Assembly: GCA_036170915.1 (NCBI GenBank)
Contig: JAVHQC010000036.1
Location: 96,001-160,000 of the forward strand
Direction: 5' to 3'
From: Cyanobacteria bacterium auto_48_18
GTDB lineage: Bacteria > Cyanobacteriota > Vampirovibrionia > Obscuribacterales > Obscuribacteraceae
Length of the DNA: 64,000 nucleotides
Made by a program: the position numbers and the translations under genes. Under the pieces are notes generated by a model, which saw only the letters and a program-made list of their open reading frames with translations, was not told the origin of the DNA and did not search any database. This document shows positions 8,067 to 18,170 of the stretch, in pieces (the stretch's first letter is position 1; every line of letters starts with the position of its first letter).

Positions 8067-10208
8067 TTACATAGCCAGCGCAAAACAATTGACTTCACCA
8101 TCTACGGTGCCCAAATACACTTTATCTTTGACGACTAAGGGCTGCGAATCGATTTGCTTGTGCAAAAATCGCTGAAAGCGCGGTTTTCCTGTTGCTGTAT
8201 CAAACCCTTCCAGCCAACCGTCTTTACTGGTGCAGATTACGCTGGCGCCCACAGTTTCAAGAGCTCCAGCTGGTGGCCCTTTAAGTGGTGCTTTCCATTT
8301 AATAGTGCCTGAGTACTTCTCACAACAATAAAGCCACTTATTTTCACTGGCAAACATCACGGAAGTGAAAACAATGACACCACTTCGAAGAATAGGGCTA
8401 TATGTCGGATACTCCCAAATTAACCGCCCGGCTTCAGCATCAAGGGCGAAATAAACACCACCCTGAGTACCAACATAGACGGTGTCCACAGAGGCTGATG
8501 GTGTACTGACGATGCGACCATCGGCTACATACTTCCAATTTAACTTGCCGGTGTGAGCGGCAATCGAATAGACATGACCGCCCCTGGTGCCAAAATATAG
8601 CGAGTCTCCATGCACACGCGGTGCGGCCACAATAGCGTCTAATGCATTGAAGTGCCATAGTCGCCTGCCTAAACGCAAATCAAGTGCGGTCACCTGCCCC
8701 TGTCGGTCGCAGACCACCACTGCCTTACCAGCAATAACCGGGCTTGCCACCACAGGTGAGGCCCCTTCCCAGCTCCAGATCATTTCTCCACTGTTTGGGT
8801 CGAGTGCCTGTGTTTTGCCACCACTATCACTTAAAAACAGTTTGCCATCGAGCAATACAGGGCTCGTCAAGATTGGTGCATCAGCATTAAAATTAAATGT
8901 GGGGCTCCCACTCTGCGCGTCAAATGCATAAAGGCGGCCGTCCGTAGAACCTACATAAATCAGTTTCTCGTCTTGACTGAGAACCGCACTGGCCGACCAG
9001 CCAATTGGTCCATGGGTGGGTGCAGTCCAGATGGCAGGCTCGCCCGAACTAGTTTTAACAGGAGTAGGCTCGCGCTCGGGCACCACTGGTTTGTCACTAA
9101 AAGTGGGCGTTGATTTGGGTGTGGTTATAAAGGAGGGCACGCCAGTGATAAATACTTCTTCGCCTCTTTCTCCCTTTTTAATCAGTGGTTGATCGCGGTT
9201 GCGAACGGCATGCTTGTCTGGCTCGAGCGGCTGTGTCACAGGCTTTGGCGCTGTGCTTGCATCTAGTAGTGCTTGCGGCGGCTCTTTCGGCTCTGGAGCA
9301 GGCGGTGTTTGTACATTTACTGTGGTGCGTGGTGAAAGACCCATACGGGCAACGCGCAACTCGAAAATCAAATCGTCCACAATGCCGAGCACATCAGTCA
9401 TCGATTTATAACGATCATCCGGTTGTTTCGCCATCATGCGCTTCACCACACGGTCAAGCACCTCTGGAATTTCAGCGTTCAATCTTTTTGCAGAAGGCAC
9501 TGGCGCGTTGGTGTGCTTCATGGCCATTTCAATCATGCCCTGGGCGCGGAACGGCAGTTGGCCGGTACACATTTCAAAAAATAAAATGCCCATGGAATAA
9601 ATATCTGAGCGGTGGTCTTGCTGCTCACCGCGACATAGCTCCGGTGACATATATGCAGGCGTGCCCATGCCTTTAGTGGCCGAATTGAGATAGACCCTTC
9701 CCACCAGCAATCGTGCCAGACCAAAATCGCCGATTTTTAAATCGCCTTCATTGGTAATAAAAATATTGTCGGCCTTGATGTCCTGGTGAACCACTCCCCT
9801 TTTGTGGGCGAACGACAGCCCGGCAGCCAGCTGTTTCATCCAGTTTAAACAGTGCTCCAGAGGCAGCGGCCCCTGGGTCACTCGGGCGGCCATATTGCCT
9901 CCAGGCAGATATTCCATAGCGACAAAGTGATGGTCGCGCCCATTCTTTGGCTCTGCGCCAATATCAAAGACAGTGACAATATTGGGGTGATCAAGCTGCG
10001 CGGCCAGCCTGGCCTCTTCTTTGAAGACGTCAACGTTCTTTTTATCTGCCATGAGGCTGGGTAGCAACATTTTAATTGCTACATCGCGCAGCAATAGCTC
10101 GTCGCGGCAGTGATAGACCACCCCCATGCCACCCACGCCAATCTCTTCAAGCACGGTGTAGTGGCCGTCCTCCAGTCGATCTCCGCGGGCAAAAATTCTT
10201 GGGGGCAT
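8067..10208 (-). CDS. Hanks-type Ser/Thr kinase with C-terminal PQQ-type beta-propeller repeats (AfsK-like architecture)
   Basis: GVGGMGVVY, VAIK, HQDIKADN, DFG and GTPAYMSPE; repeated G-x-x-x-W propeller blades. Confidence 0.92.
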   Translation of the reverse strand: MPPRIFARGDRLEDGHYTVLEEIGVGGMGVVYHCRDELLLRDVAIKMLLPSLMADKKNVDVFKEEARLAAQLDHPNIVTVFDIGAEPKNGRDHHFVAMEYLPGGNMAARVTQGPLPLEHCLNWMKQLAAGLSFAHKRGVVHQDIKADNIFITNEGDLKIGDFGLARLLVGRVYLNSATKGMGTPAYMSPELCRGEQQDHRSDIYSMGILFFEMCTGQLPFRAQGMIEMAMKHTNAPVPSAKRLNAEIPEVLDRVVKRMMAKQPDDRYKSMTDVLGIVDDLIFELRVARMGLSPRTTVNVQTPPAPEPKEPPQALLDASTAPKPVTQPLEPDKHAVRNRDQPLIKKGERGEEVFITGVPSFITTPKSTPTFSDKPVVPEREPTPVKTSSGEPAIWTAPTHGPIGWSASAVLSQDEKLIYVGSTDGRLYAFDAQSGSPTFNFNADAPILTSPVLLDGKLFLSDSGGKTQALDPNSGEMIWSWEGASPVVASPVIAGKAVVVCDRQGQVTALDLRLGRRLWHFNALDAIVAAPRVHGDSLYFGTRGGHVYSIAAHTGKLNWKYVADGRIVSTPSASVDTVYVGTQGGVYFALDAEAGRLIWEYPTYSPILRSGVIVFTSVMFASENKWLYCCEKYSGTIKWKAPLKGPPAGALETVGASVICTSKDGWLEGFDTATGKPRFQRFLHKQIDSQPLVVKDKVYLGTVDGEVNCFALAM

Positions 10209-10288
10209 GAGTTAAAAGTATTATCTTATGGTAATCACGAGGTTGTAAGAAGGCGCTAAAATGACGCTGTTAACTTCAGGACTTTACC

Positions 10289-11338
10289 ATGAGCCAACCT
10301 GCATTAAACCAGTTTAACAGCACTTGCCCACTTCCCGGTGAAGGCGTCATGGCAAGCGCTCAGACCGAACCGCTCTCCCGCATGGCGGCTCAGGCCCATG
10401 CTGTATTGCAAGAAGAAGCCGATGCCATTTTGCGCGCCAAGAGCCGCCTCGGACCTAGCTTTGATAAAGCCCTGTCACTGTTGCTCGGCTGCAGCGGCAA
10501 AGTTGTTGTCACCGGCATGGGCAAATCAGGTCATATCGGTTGCAAGATTGCCGCCACATTTGCCTCCACAGGCACACCAGCATTTTTTGTTCATCCAGCT
10601 GAGCTGCGCCACGGCGATTTTGGCATGCTCGATGAACGCGATCTCGTCATCGCCCTTTCAAGCTCAGGCGAAACCCAGGAAATCAAACTGGTGCTCGAAC
10701 CAATTAAAAGACTGGGGCTCAAACTTATTGCTCTCACCGGAAATCTGACATCAACACTGGCAAAATATGCCGATGTGGCGATTGATGTTTCTGTTGAAAA
10801 AGAAGCCTGCCCACTCAATCTAGCGCCGACAACATCTACTACTGTGGCACTAGCCATGGGAGATGCCATGGCCATGGTGCTCATGGCAGAAAAAGGCATT
10901 GAGGCCGAAGATTTTGCCAAGAGTCACCCTGGCGGCGCCCTGGGCCAAAAACTGATTACCGTAGAAGGCATCATGCGCTACGGTTTCGATGTGCCCATAG
11001 TTTCACTTGATGCCACTCACGAAATGGTCATCGAAGAGATTGGCAAGAAAAAGTTAGGTTTCACCGCTGTCTGCGAAGACGATGGCAAATTGCGCGGTAT
11101 CATCACCGATGGTGACTTGCGCCGTTCGCTTTCTAAATATCGCGATCAGGTCTTTGACAAAAAAGCGCGCGATTTGATGACTGGCTCACCTAAGACCATA
11201 TCCTCACAATCATTGGCTGTAGAAGCATTACGCGTGATGGAAAAGTATTCGATTTCAGATATTTTAATTGTCGACGGCAATAGCAGACCAGTTGGTTTAG
11301 TCGACTTAAAAGATCTGCTGCGCGCCGGCATTATTTAA
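10289..11338 (+). CDS. kdsD: Arabinose-5-phosphate isomerase (KpsF/GutQ family, SIS + 2 CBS)
   Basis: VTGMGKSGHIG, EACPLNLAPTTST, HPGGALG and GIITDGDLRR. Confidence 0.93.
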   Translation: MSQPALNQFNSTCPLPGEGVMASAQTEPLSRMAAQAHAVLQEEADAILRAKSRLGPSFDKALSLLLGCSGKVVVTGMGKSGHIGCKIAATFASTGTPAFFVHPAELRHGDFGMLDERDLVIALSSSGETQEIKLVLEPIKRLGLKLIALTGNLTSTLAKYADVAIDVSVEKEACPLNLAPTTSTTVALAMGDAMAMVLMAEKGIEAEDFAKSHPGGALGQKLITVEGIMRYGFDVPIVSLDATHEMVIEEIGKKKLGFTAVCEDDGKLRGIITDGDLRRSLSKYRDQVFDKKARDLMTGSPKTISSQSLAVEALRVMEKYSISDILIVDGNSRPVGLVDLKDLLRAGII

Positions 11339-12211
11339 AAAAGCCTTTTGTTCGACTTCGCGGCGCAATAAGATTTGCTCTTTTGACGCGTCCATATTTT
11401 CATCACGATAGGGCACACGCGAACTGCTAGCCAACCTTTTGAGCTCGTCTTTCGACAAAGGCAAGATGCAGTCTCCTGAGCCGATAGTGACTGTATTGAG
11501 AGTAGATTTCACGGCCATAGTGCCACCAACCTTGCCACCTAATGCGGTGGTACGAAAAACTTTAAATCCTAGCTCCAGAAGTGCACCTCTCACTGCTGAT
11601 GCGCTGGAATAAGTGAGCATTATTCCATCATCTGCCATAAGGCGATGGTAATGTTGAAACAACTCAATAGTCCAGAGTTCTGGAACTTTTTTAGGTGAAA
11701 AGGGATCATGAAAAACAATGTCATAGCCTGCGTTCTCGCCTTGCGCATTCTGCAAAAATAAACGCAGGTCACAAACATAAATTTGAAAGCGCATGCCTGG
11801 TAGCTCTATTGTGCCACCATTGAAGTTAGCAAGATCAACTGCCTTGCTTTCGAGCAGGGCGGAAATCTCACTGAGGCATGGCTGTTTCACCACCTCAGGC
11901 ACCAGCTCAAGCACTGAGCTGTCAATTTCTATGGCGTCAATATTGAGACTTACTTTTGCATTGATTTTCTGATCTGCTTGATTATAATTAGCCAGAGCCA
12001 AGCTGTTATAACCAAGGCCAAAGCAACTATCTAAAGCTTTCAGACTACCACCAGCTGCAAGTCGCTCCTTAAAATATTGGCTTGCCGGTTGCACATAGGT
12101 AACCATCGCTTCGGTAAAGGCACCAGCGCGATTGTGATACAGTTCGTCGAGCTTGCTCTCATGCAGCGAAAACGAACCATCACTGGTGGTGGCTAGGGTA
12201 AAGTCACTCAT
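11306..12211 (-). CDS. MnmC-type (MnmD) SAM-dependent methyltransferase
   Basis: TSDGSFSL, YHNRAGAFTEA, CFGLGYN, FHDPFSPKKVPELWT and TYSSASAVR. Confidence 0.85.
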   Translation of the reverse strand: MSDFTLATTSDGSFSLHESKLDELYHNRAGAFTEAMVTYVQPASQYFKERLAAGGSLKALDSCFGLGYNSLALANYNQADQKINAKVSLNIDAIEIDSSVLELVPEVVKQPCLSEISALLESKAVDLANFNGGTIELPGMRFQIYVCDLRLFLQNAQGENAGYDIVFHDPFSPKKVPELWTIELFQHYHRLMADDGIMLTYSSASAVRGALLELGFKVFRTTALGGKVGGTMAVKSTLNTVTIGSGDCILPLSKDELKRLASSSRVPYRDENMDASKEQILLRREVEQKAFLNNAGAQQIF

Positions 12212-13205
12212 TCTCATCATTACCTGAGGGTGCCAGGTCGAGCACAATTTTGCCAAAATTTTGATTCTCTTCCATCATCTTATGAGCCTCAGCAGCATCT
12301 GACAAAGCGAATACTTTATCGACCACGGCCTTCAATTTTCCCTCACTAAAGAGAGGCAAAATTTTGCTAGCAAAAGCTTTCGTAACCTCAGATTTTTCTT
12401 CGGTTGAGCGGCCGCGCAGCGTTGTGCCTTTAACCGTTAATCTTTTAGACAACAAGGCACTGAGGTTAAAGTTGCATTTGGCACCAGCCAGCAAACCTAC
12501 TACCATAATGCGGCCTCTGCTGCGAGTACACTTTAAATCTTCGGCCACATAGTCGCCGCCCACGAGCTCCAGTACGACGTTTACGCCACCACCACTTATT
12601 TGGTTAACTGCATCGGCAAATAGGCCATCTCCTACGCAGAGGACATGATCGAAGTATTTCTTCAGCTCTTCAACTTTGCTGGCTTGCCTGACAGTGCCAA
12701 TTGAAACTGCCCCATGAGCACGAGCCATTTGTGCAGCAGCAATACCAACTCCGCTAGCCGCGGCACTAACGAGCAAATATTCATTTTCTTTCAATTGAGC
12801 CTGTAAAAACGCCGCGTCATAAGCTGTGATGAAGGCTTCAGGAATGGCAGCGGCTTCAAGCCACTGGAGAGACTCAGGCAAGTGCATAACGGTGGCACTC
12901 TCCACAGCTAAAAAATCTTGATAGGTGCCACCTGCTGCCAGACTGAAAACTCGATCACCAATTTTAAATCCGTCTGCTCTTGCCCCAATCGCTTCTACCA
13001 CTCCCGCATACTCAAGGCCTGGCACATCAGGGCTGGCACCAGTAGGGGGTGGATAATTACCTTTTCTTTGTAATACATCTGCTCTGTTAACAGCGGTGGC
13101 CTTAATTCTGACAAGAATTTCACTGTCTTTGCAATTTGGCTTAGAACGGCTCTGTAACTGCAAAACCTCTGGTCCGCCGGCAGCGGTGATAACTATTGAT
13201 CGCAA
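12204..13205 (-). CDS. NAD(P)H-quinone oxidoreductase (zeta-crystallin/PIG3 family)
   Basis: GGPEVL, VNRADVLQRKGNYPPP, PGLEYAG, AASGVG and GKIVL. Confidence 0.9.
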   Translation of the reverse strand: MRSIVITAAGGPEVLQLQSRSKPNCKDSEILVRIKATAVNRADVLQRKGNYPPPTGASPDVPGLEYAGVVEAIGARADGFKIGDRVFSLAAGGTYQDFLAVESATVMHLPESLQWLEAAAIPEAFITAYDAAFLQAQLKENEYLLVSAAASGVGIAAAQMARAHGAVSIGTVRQASKVEELKKYFDHVLCVGDGLFADAVNQISGGGVNVVLELVGGDYVAEDLKCTRSRGRIMVVGLLAGAKCNFNLSALLSKRLTVKGTTLRGRSTEEKSEVTKAFASKILPLFSEGKLKAVVDKVFALSDAAEAHKMMEENQNFGKIVLDLAPSGNDENE

Positions 13206-13313
13206 GATATTTACCCTTAACTAACACGTATAAATTCTCAACATAACAATCGAGGTCTATTGTCTCAATATTGCTCGACAAGTAGTGGTTTGCACTTGTA
13301 TTCTTATTGAGTT

Positions 13314-14267
13314 ATGAAGATGAAGACTTTAGAGAAGACCCAACGCGATACGTTTGATGCCGACGAACTCTGTCAAATGGCCTCAGTGAGCAACGGGCTC
13401 ACAAGTGACACCTCTGACGGTAACAGACCCGTCAAAGACAACTGGGACAAATTGGGAGCAGTGGCACCAATTATTTCCGGCATGTTGATATTTGTTATGG
13501 GCGGCTGGTTCACCTATACATTCAATCAACAGCAGTTGCGCTTGCAAGAAATTCAAACTATCGAAAAGTTCATTCCGCATTTGATGGGCAACGATCAAAG
13601 CAAAAGAGCCGCTATTCTTGCCATTTCGTCTCTCACTAATGCCGAACTGGCGACTAAGTTTGCCCAAATTTTCTCCAGCCCAGGTACTGTTTCAGCTCTG
13701 CAGTCACTGGCGGAAAATGGTACTGAAAAAGACAAAAGTATTGCTACAGACGCTCTGGCTCGAGCTTTGGAGAATCTTGCCGCCCGTGAGAGTCGCCTCA
13801 ATGACATTGAAGTGGCTTTCAACAAGGCCGCTTCTGAGCGCGTTTCTTCCAATACAAAAAATGATGGCCCCGGCGATCAAGTTGACGAAGCCCAGAAACT
13901 TGAGCGTTTAGCCATTGTCTGCCGTGAGAGAGGCCATTTAACGGCCGCTGAAGCACTGTTAAAACAAGCGGTGAATGTCAGATTTAAAGCCTCGGGTGAC
14001 AGCAAAGAAGTGGTCAACACATTAAAAAAATTAGCCGAAGTGCAAGTGGCTCAAGGCAACAACAACGAAGCAGAAGAAACCAGTAAGAAAGTTTCTACCC
14101 TGGAAAATAAGCTTGCTCCTGTTAAAGAGCCTGCCCCTCCTGTAATACCCGCGCCTCCAGCCGCCAAACCAGCAGTTGAAGAAAAAACAGAAAGCAAAGC
14201 TGTTACACCGGCTGCTGAAACAGTAGAAAAAGCTGCCCCTGAAGCGAAAACTGAAACTGAAAGCTGA
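13314..14267 (+). CDS. Membrane-anchored helical/TPR-like protein with Pro/Ala/Glu-rich tail
   Basis: Single TM (IISGMLIFVMGGWFTY); TPR-like AEALLKQAV and LAEVQVAQGNNNEAE. Confidence 0.7.
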   Translation: MKMKTLEKTQRDTFDADELCQMASVSNGLTSDTSDGNRPVKDNWDKLGAVAPIISGMLIFVMGGWFTYTFNQQQLRLQEIQTIEKFIPHLMGNDQSKRAAILAISSLTNAELATKFAQIFSSPGTVSALQSLAENGTEKDKSIATDALARALENLAARESRLNDIEVAFNKAASERVSSNTKNDGPGDQVDEAQKLERLAIVCRERGHLTAAEALLKQAVNVRFKASGDSKEVVNTLKKLAEVQVAQGNNNEAEETSKKVSTLENKLAPVKEPAPPVIPAPPAAKPAVEEKTESKAVTPAAETVEKAAPEAKTETES

Positions 14268-14306
14268 AATCGAAAACTAAATCGAACAGAAATTGAAAAT
14301 CTGGGC

Positions 14307-14540
14307 TTAATTCTTGATGTATTGGTCCCAGTATTCTGTTCTTTCTTTCCAGCCGCAACTGTCATTGCCGCAAATTAAAGTCACTTTAGAACCCTTGGTT
14401 TCCAGTGCTGAATCTCCGGCGCCGTCCCAGACTGACTCAGTCATTTCCACAAATTTTTCAAACGACTTAACAGGTTTTTTGCAGGTAGGGCAAGCTATCT
14501 TGCCGTTCTCAATGGCGGTTTTAATAGTCGAAAGTGACAC
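14307..14540 (-). CDS. Small putative Zn-ribbon protein
   Basis: CPTC...LICGNDSCGW; GGAG upstream of the GTG start. Confidence 0.7.
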   Translation of the reverse strand: MSLSTIKTAIENGKIACPTCKKPVKSFEKFVEMTESVWDGAGDSALETKGSKVTLICGNDSCGWKERTEYWDQYIKN

Positions 14541-14652
14541 TTTCTCGCTCCATGGAATAAATGACAGTCAATGCCAGTATCGATAATTGTAATCCATAGA
14601 TACCGTCAATAGGTGCGATCTGACTTATGGCATCCGCGCTAAACTACTTCTT

Positions 14653-16410
14653 ATGACTAAAATAATTGCTATTGTCGCTGTGGCCTTGATGATGGCCTCG
14701 CCAGCCGCATTCATTTCTACGGCCGCCCCGGCCTTTGCCCAGGACGTAGACTTACAAACCCGTGCTAACGAGGCATTCTGGCATCATCACTATCGTAAAG
14801 CACAAAAAGATGTGCTGGAAATTCTCAAGAACGGAAAACTTTCTTGTGCTGAACGCGCTCGTTGCTTGACCAATTTATCAATCTGCGAAGCACAGTTAGA
14901 CGAAGAAGATTGTCAAAAGCATGCACAGGCAGCCTTGAAATTGGCCGATGTCAAATCGCTCACATATGCTGATGCCATGGCCATCAACGCACGCTGCTTG
15001 CTAATGAATGGCGACACTGAAAAAGCGCACAAAGCCTACGAAGAGGCAATTGCCATTGCTACTAATTTGCAGGGCGAGTGGAGCGCTGATGTAGCACCAT
15101 TTTATGAAGGTTTGGCGGCGTGTTGCATGCGTGAGAAAGATTATGCAAAAGCTGAAACTAATTACTTCAAAGTGGCTAAACTCGACCTGATTAAGTATGG
15201 CCCTAATGCAACACAGTTGGCATGGAGCTTAATGAGTCTCAATAATGCTGCCAGAGCCCTTAAGCATGATCAATTAGCATCAACAATATTCAAAAAAATG
15301 TTTTGGAATTTTCGCCACCAAAATGAATTGCGCATTTTGGAAGAGTACAAAGACGTGTCTAATAGCGAGATCTTCAAGGCATCGCTGAGAGAACAATTGT
15401 ATGGCAGCGAAGGCGCTTACGGCAATAAAGATCTTGCCCTTGATGTGATTAAGGCAGGCATTCCAGAGTCTGCCCTGGCTAGCCCAACAGTGCGTCCTAA
15501 GACTTTCGACAACTGGTTTAAAGAACGTATCGGCAGAGACCGAGCACCCGGAATGGCTTTTTTCGACCCCACCAAAAAGCTTAAAGGAATCATTGTCACA
15601 ATTCACGGTCTCGGTTTGCATGGTGGTGCGTTTACACCATTTGCAACACGCATTCAACACGACGGCATCGGAGTGATTTCATTTGATGTCCGCGGTTTCG
15701 GCAGTTACCGTAACGATGAACTGCTGCAGCAACTTGATCTGCTTTCTACGGTGGCAGATATAAAACGCATTTTGACCGAATTACGCAGCGATTATCCGAA
15801 CACTCCCTTGCTATTGTTGGGTGAATCTATGGGTGGTGCCATCGCTTTGCGCATTGCTGCAGAGGCACCACAATTAGTAGATGCAGTAATCAGCTCTGTG
15901 CCTTCAGGTTCTCGCTATCAGGCAAAAAGTACCGCACTAAAGGTTGGCTTGAAATTTCTCAATAACAAACATACCCAACTTGACCTCACCAAAGAAGTTG
16001 TAGAAAAAGCCACCTGCAAAACCGACTTACGCGATATGTGGGAAGGTGATGAGCATATGCGTATGAAATTATCGCCTTCTGAACTGGTCAACTTTCAGAA
16101 TTTCATGAGCGACAACATCAAAGCTGCTCAAAAAATTGCAAGTACACCAGTAATCATCTATCAGGGCTATAGCGATAACCTGGTTAAGCCCATGGGCACG
16201 TTAGCTATTTATCAAGCGATTCCGCAGAAAGACAAAGATCTAATATTTATTGGTCGGGCGGAACATTTGATATTTGAAGAAGGACAATTTGACGACGTTA
16301 TTTACAATGGAACACTGGGCTGGATATTCAGGCATCTTCCGGACAGAAATACAATCTCAGCCAAGTCAGACCCCTGCGATGAACCAGTCGCAAAAGACAA
16401 AAGCAAATGA
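14653..16410 (+). CDS. Secreted TPR + alpha/beta hydrolase (lysophospholipase-like) fusion
   Basis: Signal peptide; TPR helices; IHGLG, DVRGFG, GESMGG, QGYSD and AEH triad elements. Confidence 0.85.
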   Translation: MTKIIAIVAVALMMASPAAFISTAAPAFAQDVDLQTRANEAFWHHHYRKAQKDVLEILKNGKLSCAERARCLTNLSICEAQLDEEDCQKHAQAALKLADVKSLTYADAMAINARCLLMNGDTEKAHKAYEEAIAIATNLQGEWSADVAPFYEGLAACCMREKDYAKAETNYFKVAKLDLIKYGPNATQLAWSLMSLNNAARALKHDQLASTIFKKMFWNFRHQNELRILEEYKDVSNSEIFKASLREQLYGSEGAYGNKDLALDVIKAGIPESALASPTVRPKTFDNWFKERIGRDRAPGMAFFDPTKKLKGIIVTIHGLGLHGGAFTPFATRIQHDGIGVISFDVRGFGSYRNDELLQQLDLLSTVADIKRILTELRSDYPNTPLLLLGESMGGAIALRIAAEAPQLVDAVISSVPSGSRYQAKSTALKVGLKFLNNKHTQLDLTKEVVEKATCKTDLRDMWEGDEHMRMKLSPSELVNFQNFMSDNIKAAQKIASTPVIIYQGYSDNLVKPMGTLAIYQAIPQKDKDLIFIGRAEHLIFEEGQFDDVIYNGTLGWIFRHLPDRNTISAKSDPCDEPVAKDKSK

Positions 16411-17000
16411 CAAATAGTAAGATATTTTTGACTCTTGTTTTGGGGCTTGTAGTACCACAGGCAGTGTCATGCCAGAACTTTCAAAATTGGTATCCTCAGT
16501 CCATTGCTTTACCGAGCGGCCATAGTTACCCATGTGCCCTGACCGCACTTCCTGCTAATCTCGAAGGCGTGCCGCCGGCCGACCGAGCCTTTATTAATCA
16601 TGTTTATGCCATGTTGCTGCAGTGCGTGCAGGCCAAAACTGTGATGATTGACACGTTGCGTGAGGGCAAAGGCGGCTTTGACCAGGCCTACGGTACTTAT
16701 TACGCTAAAACTACACAGGCTCGCCAGAAAATAATGGCCGAAGCGGTGCCCAGTGGTTTGCAAAGTTTTAGAGATGGAGTGGTCAGTGCCGTCGACCAGC
16801 AGATACTTTTTTTTGGCAAGGCAACAAAAGCCAGAGGTGCAGGCAAATCATTTCAAGAAATTATTAGCTACCCTGAGGGCCGCACTGCTTCCGGGTTGCT
16901 GATACAAGCCTGGGGTGCCATGCAGGGTCGCTATCCGAATCTTTCACCGGCTGTCAAAGACAGTACTTATCATCATCTTTGTGCTCTAGATCTGTTTTAG
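16407..17000 (+). CDS. Secreted hypothetical protein
   Basis: ATGA overlap with the upstream stop; N-terminal hydrophobic signal. Confidence 0.7.
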   Translation: MTNSKIFLTLVLGLVVPQAVSCQNFQNWYPQSIALPSGHSYPCALTALPANLEGVPPADRAFINHVYAMLLQCVQAKTVMIDTLREGKGGFDQAYGTYYAKTTQARQKIMAEAVPSGLQSFRDGVVSAVDQQILFFGKATKARGAGKSFQEIISYPEGRTASGLLIQAWGAMQGRYPNLSPAVKDSTYHHLCALDLF

Positions 17001-17005
17001 CCTGT

Positions 17006-17611
17006 TTAAGGACTAAAAAGTTCGTGCTGCATCATTATTTGCAGTTTGGCTTTGTCAAATTTAGACTTCCTGCCAGCTACCAGAGCAGCGTTGTTGATCG
17101 CATCTTGAGCAATTGCGTCCAAAGGCATCGGTGCTTCACCTAACTGTTCACTCCTAATCAGAGCTCCCTTCACGAGCGCAACCTTATTGAAGACTATGGT
17201 TCCCATTGGCTCTTTAGTATTGCCATAATTTCTCGCCAAAAGAGCGGCATTCTGACTGGGATTAAGTGCAATATTAAAATCGCGCTGCGAAATTATTTGG
17301 CCTTCCTGAATATCAAACATCGGCTTTCTGCCGGTTATGGGCGCAGTTAGCAACCAGCAATCAACCGGCATTTTTCTTGGCATTACTTCTGCTTCTGTAA
17401 TCTGGTCGGAGCGAATGGCCTCACCCTTTGCAATTGGTTTCACGCAATAGTAAATTTTCTTTTTACTTGCCAACTTTGTTTCAAGTTCTTTCAGCTTGGC
17501 ATTTACTCGCTCTTCATTGCCAATCTGTGCTGCTGCTGGCGGCAACTGACATAAAATCAAGAAGAGAGCCACCACGGTGGCACACTTGAATTTCAAATTT
17601 AAGTTCAGCAC
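17006..17611 (-). CDS. Secreted tandem SAF-domain protein
   Basis: Two copies of the pattern (I/L)xKGxxIRSxQ...GRK..(F)D; signal peptide. Confidence 0.7.
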   Translation of the reverse strand: MLNLNLKFKCATVVALFLILCQLPPAAAQIGNEERVNAKLKELETKLASKKKIYYCVKPIAKGEAIRSDQITEAEVMPRKMPVDCWLLTAPITGRKPMFDIQEGQIISQRDFNIALNPSQNAALLARNYGNTKEPMGTIVFNKVALVKGALIRSEQLGEAPMPLDAIAQDAINNAALVAGRKSKFDKAKLQIMMQHELFSP

Positions 17612-17732
17612 TAAAGCCTATCTTTCTCAGGGAGGAAAAGTTTACTATTAAAATTCACAACGGGCAACAATGCGCCATTAATTGCCTTTAGCGGCCATGG
17701 CTTGGTTATGATCAATGTTCATTGAGGAAATT

Positions 17733-18161
17733 ATGAATTCGCTGCACGTGCACCGTCGTTTTGAAACTAAAATGGCCATTCGAGTGGCCACCTATGACAT
17801 TGATTATGCCAATCATGTCTCAAATATTGTGTATTTTCGCTGGTTGGAAGATTTGCGCCTGCAACTACTGGAAGAAAACTTTCCACTACAAGAACTGATG
17901 AGTCAGGGCTATATGCCTGTGCTGGCATCGTCGTCTATTGAGTATAAAAAGCCAGTCAAACTTTTCGATCGGCCGGTCGGCCACATGTGGATTGAACGAT
18001 TAGGCGCCGCCAGTATGTACTTTGTGGGCGAATTTTTAGTCGACGGGCAAGTCACTACCAAAGCCAGTCATATTGGTCTTTTTGTTGATACAGTCTCGCA
18101 AAAGCCAGTAAAAATTCCTGCACAAATCGTAGAAAAATTTGCCAGTTACTCGAAAATTTAA
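17733..18161 (+). CDS. Acyl-CoA thioesterase (4HBT/YbgC family)
   Basis: DIDYANHVSNIVYFRWLEDLR motif. Confidence 0.88.
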   Translation: MNSLHVHRRFETKMAIRVATYDIDYANHVSNIVYFRWLEDLRLQLLEENFPLQELMSQGYMPVLASSSIEYKKPVKLFDRPVGHMWIERLGAASMYFVGEFLVDGQVTTKASHIGLFVDTVSQKPVKIPAQIVEKFASYSKI

Positions 18162-18170
18162 ATTAGTAAA

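Noticed and set aside
14245..14300. GAAA-rich degenerate repeats spanning a stop codon
   Set aside because: Irregular, partly explained by Glu/Lys/Thr codons; no consistent unit or CRISPR-like spacers
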